A stretch of DNA of 64,000 bases from positions 62,001-126,000 of the forward strand of contig MU006104.1 of assembly GCA_010093705.1 (NCBI GenBank), in the 5' to 3' direction. Below the pieces are notes generated by a model. It searched no databases. It saw only the letters and a program-made list of their open reading frames with translations, and had not been told where the DNA came from. Made by a program: the position numbers and the translations under genes. The DNA comes from Patellaria atrata CBS 101060 (taxonomy: Eukaryota). This document shows, in pieces, positions 23,852 through 35,251 of the stretch. Each line of letters begins with the position of its first letter. The stretch's first letter is position 1.

Positions 23852-26800
23852 TCAGACGTACTGACGCCTGCTCCACGCCGAATCGGCATCTACCACCCTT
23901 CGCCGGGAAATGAGACCGGCAGTTCTCACTATCGGTTTCGAGTAAGATATTTCATCATCCATCACCTTGACCTGTGCTGAGATGGGGGTAACGTCCTCTA
24001 TTCGCACCTGACTCACTGCTCCCGTTCCTGGCCCCGTAGAATGTACTTGCAATAAGCGCAGAACACCACGCCAGCAATTGCCCATTTCACCGGCCCATAT
24101 CAGGCCGATGATAATGATGATAACCGTTAGTGGGATCGCGATTGACCAGAAAATCCATTGCCTCGACGACATGTCACGAATATCTGATGTATTCATACCA
24201 AGGAAGCCGGAGACAAAGGAAAGGGAGGAAAACTATGGTTACGACCGTAAACGCATAAACGGCAGCTTCTTGCCGATCTTTATTCGAATCAATTTGACGG
24301 AGCAACTGGGGATTGTAAACATTAGTGTTATGAACTAAACGTTTTGTTTGGGGATGATCTGATGGTTGGGAAGTAAAGCTGATACACACCCATTCCCCTA
24401 TTTCATTAGCTTGGAAAGCCATATCGTTAAACGACTGTACTTTGCTTCGAAGCGAGAGAATATCACTTTCGAATATGCCTAGGTCTGTACTTTCCCCGGA
24501 ATACAGATATATTGATCGTCTAGATGATGGCTTTGATGTTTCTCGGATACCTCTCGTAAGCTCCTCTAGCACCCGTATTTGATCCTCAAACACAGCAATG
24601 ACAGCGGAAATCTCTTGCTTCCAAAAATTAATCTTGCCCTGATGAGCTCTTTTGAGCGGATCAGCTACGACTTCGAGCTCCTAAGATGTAGTTAGTCGAA
24701 TTCAATAGGAAAATCATATTCCAGGCTCATAAGCTGCTGTAAATACTCAGAGTATGAGTTCACGACATGATTGTCGCCATGAGGTAAGTCAGTCAAAACT
24801 TGCGAGACAACAAGGGACAATGCACTTCGGGGTAGAACCGCTTCTTTCATTCTCAATGGTAATTTTGCGAGATCTTTCATTAATTTTAGTTTTCCCTAAA
24901 AAAGAAGCCTGTTCGCCCTTTGAAAGTATAGACGGGCTTCTCGGATATCGTTTGCAGCTAGGGAGGACATAGACATGATGCAAATTGGCCAGGCGTTGAT
25001 CCACTGGTCTGGGATATCTATTGTCCATGGATCTGGGCATTGTCTCGAAGACATCAAGTTTGTAAGTTGCCCTGCTAAATGTGACAACCGAGCGAAATCT
25101 GAGATGATGAATCCTAATCTCTGGATGACCTAGAATTTGTGCGGCTTCGTCCTTACCCTTCGGTTCTACTTTCTTCTCTTTCGATGCTGCAGTGCTGGAT
25201 CCCAGCTGGATCGTCTTGAACTACGGAATCAGGTATTCGTTGAGTTTGACTAGTTCCATATTCTGTCGGCGGAGGCATCGTGAACTTCGACATGCTTGTC
25301 TAAGGGTTATAAGTACATTGTGCTTCGCAAACTGAAATCTACTTACCAGTAACAATAAAATCTGGTACACAGCGCCCCAGTACTTGAGCACTACGATATT
25401 CTCAACATCTGAAAGTACGAAGAACTCCAATAGTCTTTTGGCTGAAACGATAACTTTCCGAGTTCTTTCGTTTTGAAGGCTTTCCGCATTGTCAGGCTCT
25501 CCGAGAGAAGATTGCTCCCCAAATGTTCTTTCAACCTCTTTCCGCCGTTTTGGAAATATACACCGGTAATAAGAACGTTGAGAGCGTGAAACCTTGGTTT
25601 CCATGAAATTTTCAGATGCATCGAGAGCAGAAATGTACCTTTCCGCATCAATACGTTAACTGCCTGTGGTGTCCACATTCTGTACGTTTGTAAGGTCTTG
25701 CCCACGTGTAGAATTAGCACATTGAGACTCCTGAACGTCTTTACGTTCTACATTGGTCCATGTGAATACATGAAATCGAGCCGCATATGGGTCTTTGGGA
25801 AATTTGCCATTCGGCGTCTCATCCGAAGCCCCCGTTCCATTGGATGGCTGTGAAGGTTCAGTTGTAGATCGGTCAGGAATGGGCATGCGACTAAACATAT
25901 TAGTAGTCTCATCTATATCTGCTTCAGGAATGCTGGAATCTGATTTCTGATCAATTTGTACTTCAAGACCTTCCGTGGTTACCCGAGCATTTTCAGTTTC
26001 TGATTCATCCAGAGCAGCACGCGAGCGAGATGCAAGAGTCCGTCTGGGTCTCCTTTAAAGCATCAATGCGGTATTCTTCAACAAATGGTAGAGACGTACT
26101 TTGAATTTACTGCTAATCGAACCGAAATTCGAGCAGCTTGAGATATAATAGCCGTCCAATCGTTCTGCTCAACCCTTCTCCCTTTGTACCAAAGATTAAA
26201 ACCCTTGGTAAAATCCCACTGTTCTCCTTCATACTCATATAGCTCATAAAAGTCGGCAATGAAATTCTAGAATCTGGTTAGTACTACTAAGAAGAGGAGG
26301 GTTGATTGTTCAAGAGGACCCACAAACCATGTCTGACACTCATTAAGGGGTATACAGTAAACGCGACCAGAATCAACACAAACTTGTATAAAATTTGAAA
26401 TAGGGCTATCGTAGACTATCTTTAGGGAATCACGTTGTAGATCATGTACGGGTAATATAGCGCAAGTTATCAATAAATCTACACGTCTTAGTCATTCTGC
26501 AATTCTAAGGTAACGAAGTCTATATAGACTTACCATCTTCAAGTACAAGACTCCATATCTGGTTTACGTGAAAACAATGGTCCTTTGGCGTTGAAGGTAG
26601 CTTGCAGACAGCTTGCTGCATATCCCTCTCCCTTCGAGCGGACGGGTATCGAGTCTGAAGAAGAGTACGTTTCGGATGTATCTGGGATTTTGCAGATAAC
26701 TTATCCACTGTCGCTGGATATTTTCCAGGCTGAAATAAGGTAGACATAGAAATAGCACGGCGCTCTTGCCGGGTGATTTATCCCTCAAGCGACTCTCAGG

Positions 26801-27643
26801 CTCGAAAACGAAGTTGGGAATCATGTATCGACCTTCTCCACCAGATACTAATGGCTTGTCATAGTTCTTTAAGGCTATGTCCAACATGGCGGAGATGTTA
26901 GTCCGCTCTGTTGAGGACAATCCAGTTATATCGCTGGCTCGTTGAAGAAAAGACCTGAAGTCCATCTTCTCAACTTCGAAATGGATCCATCGAAATAGAG
27001 ATCTTGGCCCTTTCATACCCGGACGCGGCAAACCTCGATCCACGATGAGCTCCGCTTGTGCATCATCTCCGCCCCTACCATCGTCGATAAAATGAGATTT
27101 CAGTACGTTTAAATACACTGGAGGTTTGAAGCCATCCTTATTTGTATTGAATGATTGCAAGGCAAGACCGTGATTATCGGGAGATTCGGCCGTATTCACT
27201 TCATCGGAGCTATCATTGATAGATCTTATACTTTTCAGGGAGGAGCTGAAATCCAATTCATCCTCAGATGCATCCTCGCTCTCCACGGCCCATTCAGAAA
27301 ATTCGTGCAGCCGATTCCTTCGCGATTGCAACCACAGATTGCTTCTACCTCGCGGTGACGAAATCGTTTGATCATCTTGGTCAAATTGAACTCGGTTGGG
27401 CGGAGGAGGGATTACTTGGCTGGGATGATTGTCGCGTGTTTCAGGTAGTATTCGAATTTCATCATTATAAGCGTGAGCTTGCGGCACAGATTCCCTTTGT
27501 GCTGCATATCTCCATCTAGCGCTACTCCTTACGATTCTGCGCGTGTTGTACCCATCTCTTACTGTTGCGCGAAGAGGATCAGATCCCCACGCGCGATTTG
27601 ACGAGTAGTCATACATCGGTACTGCCTGAGGGGCCCTTCCCAA
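23852..27643 (-). pseudogene. Large fungal CorA-like Mg2+ transporter-domain gene, multiply disrupted
   Basis: C-terminal CorA-like QEAAVYAFTVVTIVFLP/LSFVSGFLGMNTSDIR...WIFWSIAIPLT. Frameshifts at ~24222 (FLP/LSF), ~24900 and ~26722 (LPYFSLE/KYP..HPKRTLLQ), plus an in-frame TAA at 25656-25658. The 5' end is uncertain. Confidence 0.75.
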
Positions 27644-28977
27644 AGATCAAATTTGAGAGGTACAATGATCGATATAAAACTGTACAGTATGAAGAAAGAG
27701 CTATTGCCATGTCGATTCATCCTTTACTTGAGGAGTATTATACATTGATTAGTTCAAGTAGTACCTCACGTTCAGGTAGGTCGAAGTTGATCCTGAGGTA
27801 ACCTTAAGATATTTGGTGGTCATTAGAATTACCCTTTTCCACATTCAGCTAGTAGCACTACCTTATTTGTACAAAGATACCTCACTGTTATGAACGACTC
27901 TTCACAACCTATTTATAAAGGCTTTTCATGGTATTTATATCACAGTTTCATAGGGCACTATGAGTGAGAAAACTATCTCTTATAATTCCTTCGTAGTATG
28001 CCAGCTTTCTAACCAGTGATTGTCCCATTATGTGAGCACAATCAAAGTAGAACTAGCGAGATTTCAGATACTGTAAAGCCTGCAGAACATCTATCAATCT
28101 TTCACCAGTTATACAAGCACTTGCTGAGACCTAATAAGGACAACAAGTTATGGTCCTTCGCGTGTCGCTTCAAGTGTCACGATGCAACAAGACAAAGAAG
28201 CCAGCCTGGCACACAGCAGGGGATCGCACATTGCCACCATCATCAGAAATCTAAGGAGCAGAGACAGACACAATCTTTTCGCAATAGAAACCCCAATCCA
28301 ACTTGACATGTTCTCAGAAGCTTCGAGATCTCCCTTCGTCCTTAGATGTGTAACTGTGCTGATGTGCTCTGGCATGATGAGATACGTCCGGTAGGCGAGG
28401 TTGACCTTAACCATCTCAAGCTCCCGTAAGCTTTATAGTTGTAATGGGTGTAAGGACTCTGTGACTTAGTTCCCCGTCGCGACTACCGTAGCGGCCCTCC
28501 CTACTTCTCGGCCATGAGCGGGAGCCGGGACCGCAGAAATCTAACCAACCTCCAGCGACGGCTTCTACAAGAATGACCAGCGGGACCCACAGTTCACATT
28601 TAACACGAGCGAATACTGGAACCTTGGTGCGAGCGGGAAGACCCAGGACCAGAAATATCGCGAAATGGATGCGGAGAAATGCTTTTCGAGAAATAACGAA
28701 GCGCCTGGTTGTCCATATACCAGTGTGGGACGGTGGGGACGACTTTTGATGACTGAAGATGGTTAATCTACCCTCATGATGATATCTGCGTAGTCGCGGA
28801 CTATTTTGTTTGATGTAATGATAATAGTAGATAGGAATGGGAACATTACTTGGTCAAGACCGAGAAAGGGGTTGTGGTGTGATAGATTTTTTTCCTAATT
28901 TTAAGTATGTGCCCTGTTTAACCTAACGTCATTATCGTATACTCACAGCCCTATCTCCATCTACATCTCCATCTCAC

Positions 28978-29548
28978 CTATTCCATCGCCCCATACCTCC
29001 AATCCCAACACAGATACAAAACTCTCCACACCACTACCAAAGCACTAAAGAGCCAAACCGCATCCACAAATACCGTCACCGCATCAGTACCCTGATACAC
29101 GTCGAGCAGCAGATGGCCAAAGGACGTCGGAACAATCCAAAGATTAGCCAAAACCGCTCTGAGGATGGCTCCTTCCAGAAAAAGAATCAGAAAGACGAAG
29201 TGCATGAAATTGGCGACGTCGTCTAGTCTTGTATCGTGGGCTGGGCGGGACCTCATGGTTCGTTGATGCGGTTGTTAGTTGAATCGTTGGTCTCCCTCGT
29301 GCGGTGGTAGTATTGCTTGGTTCGTAAAATTCCAATACGATGGATAGTGGTTCTGGGTTGAATGGTTCTTCGTCGTTGTACAGTTCTTTGTCACTGTACA
29401 GTTCTCCGTCGCTAGACAGACCTTCTTCGCTGAACAGTTCCTCACCGTTGAGCAGTTCCTCTTGGTACGCAGCTTATTCTTCTTCGCGCGGTTGCTCTCG
29501 ATTCAACGGATTTTGCTGGCTAGATGATCCAGAGTTTTCGCGCGCCAT
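28978..29548 (-). pseudogene. Orphan gene remnant: acidic hexapeptide repeats followed by a hydrophobic two-TM-like C-terminus
   Basis: ATG at 29548, in-frame TAA at 29474-29476, repeats EELLNG/EELFSE/EGLSSD/GELYSD/KELYND/EEPFNP, then a frame change into the hydrophobic ORF 29256-28978. Confidence 0.5.
29350..29462 (-). repeat. 18-bp coding minisatellite (~6 degenerate units)
   Basis: gaggaactgctcaacggt / gaggaactgttcagcgaa / gaaggtctgtctagcgac / ggagaactgtacagtgac / aaagaactgtacaacgac / gaagaaccattcaaccca on the minus strand. Confidence 0.8.
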
Positions 29549-30044
29549 CTCCTGAATGTGGGTTCTTCGTTTCTTCCTGTTATTCGAACTAACTGTAGGT
29601 TTTGAAGTTGCTATTTTTTTTTGTCGGAGGTGAAGATTTTGAGGACAATTGTGGGAGAAGAGTACTTATATACATGATGGGGCAGTTGCAATTTTGACAG
29701 GGCGCTAGTGTTGTGGGGATAGAACTGAGACTTCTCTGGTTCTCTCTTCCATGGTTCTACTACTTCATGTCCTTGGTATCTTAATTTGAATTCAGGAAAC
29801 TTCAACAAAAAAATTCGGAGGGAGTAGTTGCATTGCTGCCTTTTTCTTCTTATCTGGTTTATCCCATCAACTTGAAATTCAAGAACCCATTTCTTCTACA
29901 CACAGTCGCCAGATCCTTGAATGGCCTATATTATTTCAATAAGTTTGAAATGCGCGCTCAATTTTTCCTTTGTAGTATAATGTTCATTCGTGATTATTCG
30001 TGGTAAACCCGTATCCATAAATCCAATAGATCAACTACACATTC

Positions 30045-30802
30045 TTATCTTTCAGGCAAGCTTTGCAAGCGCGAACCCCTCGAAGGTAGTGCTTCCGGCC
30101 CAAAAGACAACGGTAGGAGCTAATAAAAACAATTCGTTAGCCCAACACCTTCCCTCTCACAACGACCTAATGTCAAACCACCACTTACCTCTCCCAAAGT
30201 CTTCACAACATAACTCCCATCTTTATCATGCATGAAAATAGGGGTATCAAGCTGTCCACCGTCTCATTAGCCGTTTTACTCCCTCTCTCACCTCCTATGA
30301 TCACCAAAGCACCTACCTCACAAAACTCCCTTATAAACTGTCTACACATCCCACACGGACTCGCCACGCCCGTTCCATCCTTATTAAGCACCGTATTCGT
30401 CGCCACTCCAATAGCTCTTACTCCACCTTTCACTTCCCTTTCCCCCATACCTTTACTTCCCAACATACCAAACCCCTTCATAACCGCATTCCCCATCGCA
30501 ACCCTCTCCGCACACGTCCCGACGGGGTATGCTGCATTCTCCACATTGGCGCCGACAATCACCTCCCCGGTCGTCGTCAAGATGGCCGCGCCAACTTGGA
30601 AGAGACTGTAGGGGCAATAGGCGAGTTCTTTTGCTTTGAGGGAAGCTTGGGTTAGTTCATTCAATTCGGTAGCTCTAAGACCGTGAATTGTGATTTCGTC
30701 CTCCTGGGTGGGTTGGACGGCATCGTTGGGATTGGAGGCGGCGGTATTCGAGTCGGGAGCGGCTGTGGACATCCTGAAAAGAGAGAAGGGAGAGCGGAAC
30801 AT
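30045..30802 (-). CDS. CDD1: Cytidine deaminase (homotetrameric type)
   Basis: AYCPYSLFQVGAA, GANVENAAYPVGTCAER and SPCGMCRQFIREF. Two 3' introns; the last exon is LLPLSFGPEAL...ER*. Second in-frame ATG at 30772. Confidence 0.9.
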
Positions 30803-31051
30803 GGTGGGATGGGATGGGAGCTTTAGCTTTGAAGAGATGTGGTGGGGCAAGGGCTTATCTTATCGGCATGTGACTTTGTGACGGATGCGGAATGAGGGGA
30901 ACTATTGGGAGGAGATTTGGACTTTTTAAGACTTTTAAAGTTCTGACACGGCGACAAAAGTGAATAGGCTCAAAGAAGAGTTTTCTAAATTGATATTGAA
31001 GGATATTGATCCCTGCGGGGAACAATTCAACTAGGATATCGGTATAGGCCT

Positions 31052-32528
31052 TCAAGATATTGGCACTGTCAACGGATTCATTGTACTTTCCAACCCTGGT
31101 TAGTAGATATCTATATGGGGAATATTAAGACTTACGATGCACCACCATCGACCACGAGATTAGCACCTGTGATATAGCTGCTAAAACCGCTGGCTAAGAA
31201 ACCAGCGACTCTTCCTACCTCATGTGGCAGGCCAGCTCTCTCCAGCCCAATAGTGTCTTTTCGTGCCTGATACCCAGTCAAACTACGGTCACTCAGCACA
31301 TTTAAGGGTTCAATCCTTACCTGTGATTGTGCACTCAAAGGAGGGAGTTGTGTGCTCATTCCACTTCGATCAAACTGTTTGACTTTAGACAAATAATCTT
31401 AGTCATTATAAAAAGCAGAACACTGACCTCCTTGGTGTCAAGATCGACACCATAATCAATCATTCCAGGGGAAATGCAGTTGATCCGAATACCGGTACCT
31501 GAAGGATGTTAGCGCCGCACAAAGTGCATACCCTTCTCGGATAAGACCTTTCAATGTCGCAACACCAGCTCGTACCACACCTAATGCGGCATGAGAGCTC
31601 ATAGTGAAAGCTGGACCCCAGCAACCTACGCGTGATCCAGTATTAGCGCTTTCAGTCTTTACTGACTACAGATAGGGATCGATGTACCTCCATACGTGCT
31701 CGCTACACTACTGACGACGATAATACTCCCGTATGTCTGGTCCTTGGGCGCAGCATTAGGATATTTTCCTTTCGGCGTTGTTTTCTTCATTGCCGGCGGT
31801 GCATACTTCAACGCAAAGAAAGGGGCCATTGAATTCGCCTCGAAGCATTTCCGGAGATCGTCAGGGCTAGTTTCGGTCACAGAAGGGGGTCCAAGTAAGC
31901 CAGAAGAGGTAACCCAGACATCAAGTCTACATACAGTCGAATATTAGCATGACGGCCAGGGAGGAGAAACGTAATCCTTACCTTCCCCAGAAGTTCAATA
32001 CGTCATCAATCAAACCGATCGTGTCTTCCTCCGTTGTGACGCGGTATGGGTATCCAATGACCTTTGTATTGGGGAATTTCTCGTTGACCTCGTCGGCAAG
32101 ATGATCATAGTCCTCCGTGGGGACATTGGAGCAGGCTTTTTGTATTGCGTATATTAGTTTGTTGCAAATATATCGTTTTGCAGGGAAATGGTAGGAACAA
32201 TCGCGTGCGGAAGAAAACGAATAGAAGGTATACCATAGATACACGCAGCACCATGAGCTATAGGCTGTCAGCATACTGTGAAAGCGGAGTACTTTAGTAT
32301 CGATCATTAAGCTCACCAGCCAATTCAATTGTAATTGCTTTCCCTACAGGCTGAGTCGCACCCGTCACAACACATACGAAACCATACTATGAACATCCCA
32401 ATGTTAGCAGACCCGACTACATCATGGCACATACATCTCTCCAATTGACTAACAAGCTTGCCGTCTGATCTATACGGTGAAAAGTGCTCTGAATCTGTCA
32501 TGGCGCTCATAATAGCTTGCGCTTCCAT
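31052..32528 (-). CDS. Atypical short-chain dehydrogenase/reductase family protein (multi-intron)
   Basis: VVTGATQPVG, LDVWVTSSGLLG, GSIIVVSSVAS, GIRINCISPG and FLASGFSSYITGANLVVDGG. The catalytic YxxxK position reads FTMSS. Confidence 0.8.
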
Positions 32529-32981
32529 CTTCAATTCACTTCGAACGTGGTCCTTTTGAACACCTCGAATTCGACACTAAGGCCAAGAATTAGAAAAGAA
32601 AAGTTAAGGTCGTAAAGCTCCATGACTAGCTCTGTCTTAGGAGAAAGAAAAGAAGCGATATGCGATTGGTGGTTTCGTCAAAGGGAGTTCAGATGGGATG
32701 GTCTCCTTGGTCCGTGGAGATGAGCTTTATCGTTATCAGCCCCACCTTATCGGGGAGAGCCAAGGAGAAGTATCAATATCAGACATTTCCGCAAATAATC
32801 ACCGAGGTGAAAGTAAACATCGGTTACCTCCATTGAGAATGAGTAGAAGAGGATAGTAAAAAAGAAGAATTCTTTGTTGATTCTGATAGAATCTATCATG
32901 GATGTCTGTCATTTTGTCTTAAGGTATCATGGACCACCAAGGTACCTAAGATTTATCTATACAACATTAGCCGTGACTACC

Positions 32982-34809
32982 TTACTCCTCTCCATCCTCT
33001 TCCTGCACTGTTCCTGTTTCCTCGGTATCTTCCTCAAAGGTATTATCTGGAACTTGGTACAGTCTCAAGACTGGCTTGTTCGGGTCCTTGACAAGTACAT
33101 ACTTGCCCTCCGGCATCTTCAAAACCACGTCCACAATAGTTCGAACGATGCCCCAACCATTGGCAAGATTCATTGCCATCTGGCTAGCAAAATCACGGGG
33201 CTTGTTGCTGAGAACACCTAAGATGACATGGTCGTTGTTGTTCTTAGGATTGCTACGAGATACGAAACTGCGGTAATGTTAGAATATGATTTGTGAGCTT
33301 TCAAGTGAAAAGTGGACGTACCCAAGTTTCATAGTATCAGCTTTGGCCAGTATACTCTGTACGGTCCAGCGCGCAAGTTTGCAGGAGTTATTTTTCATTT
33401 CTGTCGCGAGAACAGCACCTCGTTGGCTTTGAAGCTTCGATCGCCAGTCGAGAGCACCACCACTTCCCTGAGCTTTATTATCAAACTCATTGAGAGCTTT
33501 GATGGTCATGTATTGGTCATCTCCGCTAATATTGTTCTTTGCGATCGCATCCAACTCAGTTCGGACGATAAGATGCAAAGGCTCCTCATCCTGATTCAAA
33601 GATAGATCGAACCTCCTATATCTGTAAGCTTTGGAAGCTGGCGGATCAGTCTCTTCATTGGGATTGTAAAACGGATGCTCGTGGGTCATATCCTTTCTCG
33701 AGCTGTCAGACTCAATAACGACCTGTAGAGGGAAGACGTTATTGATGTGTGTAGCTTCGAGCATTAACTGGCTTGGGCTGTTTATTGAGTCTTTGTTACC
33801 CTCAGATAACTCCAAGGGGGCATCGGTAGCATTTTCATTGACTGTGACCATGTCCAGACTCGACCCTTCCCGTTTGTCGATGAAAAGCTGTTTACCCCGA
33901 CGGTGGAGTACAAGATCCCAGGAGTAGACCGATTTCGTAGCGCACATCAACATGGACAAAATATTGTCAGTTGTAAAGATGGTTGCTTCATCCTTATCCG
34001 CGAGCTCTTGAATGATGGGATCGCTAGAGGTTGTAACGTTGTAGGCCGCTCGTTCGAGAACGTTGAGTTTCCTTTCTGATGTCTTTGCGCCGGGTTGCTT
34101 GTCGTAAGTTCGATCGTAAGAGTATAAGAATCCGTAGCTGTCGATGTCCTCACCGTCACCTGTCTCGAGGTTGAGCTTCGCTAAACGAATGAAATCAATC
34201 TCTTCCAGAACCTGCCAGTCGGGTTTGACGTTGACAGATGCATCCCGGTTCCTCTGTGGCTTATCGTCTCTCCAGCCGAATCTTCTACCTCCTCTACCGC
34301 CGCGGCCACCCCGGTTGTCGTAACCTTGCTGACCACCGCGGCCACCAATTCGCTGGAATGTACCACGACCACCGCGCTGAGCTTGACCTCCTCTTTGGCC
34401 TCGGCCTCGGGCGAAGGTAGCAGTTCCCCGTCCGAACCCACGTCCCCTTGAAGCCGTCCGGCTGTTGTCTACCACGGAGAAAGTAGCTTCCTCCTCTGCC
34501 GCTTGAATGGCAAAAGGATTACTTTGGGCATTTGCGCCGTATACCTGCTGGTCTAATTGACATTAGCGAAGACGAATAGATAATATATAATAAATACTGA
34601 CCTCTGTAGTTCCTGTTGCCATATTGTTGGCGACCACCACGATCTTTATCCCTCCCCTCAGTCCAGTCTGCCATACGCCCTAATTTATCGGCCTTGGAGT
34701 AAGGCGCATAGGGGACACCTTCTAAAGTCGTCTCGGTCGAGACTGGAGGGCCCCAACCATCACTAGCGGGAAGTGAGGACACGAGGTCGGTCAATGATAT
34801 CGGTGCCAT
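32982..34809 (-). CDS. eIF3d: Eukaryotic translation initiation factor 3 subunit D
   Basis: [21 protein letters not shown]-rich region, [20 protein letters not shown] and [15 protein letters not shown]...[10 protein letters not shown]. Two introns. Confidence 0.95.
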
Positions 34810-35251
34810 ATTCTATGAAGAAGTTGTTGACGACTGATACTGGTGTTGTACGGTAATCTTTGATTTCTCGAAGTCTCGGCGGCAGCGGCGGTGGGATAAA
34901 AATCTTGGCACAAACCCTTGAACGCACGCAAGCGCGTCGCGTTTATCCCTTTGGCGGGCCTCCAACACCTCCACCTGTTTTCCTTCTTTATTCACATGTG
35001 TTACGAGTGATGCCTTCCTTTCCATTCAACGTATTTTTTACATCTTAGTAAGGTAATACCGATATTCCTTATCTTAATGCGTTCCTTTGTCTTGTCACAC
35101 TTTCTTTAAAGCTCAACTTACTAAGGTACATCACTCGACACTCACTTTGGGACTACGCGACTTGGAGCGTTTATATAAAGGCATCTTGAGGGTCGGACCT
35201 TTACTATGGACATAATACACAAGCTATCTCTTGTTCGTATTTGTCCTCATC

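Noticed and set aside
29474..29476. Premature stop rescued by A-to-I editing or readthrough
   Set aside because: The stop is TAA rather than TAG, and the gene also has a frameshift; pseudogenisation is simpler.
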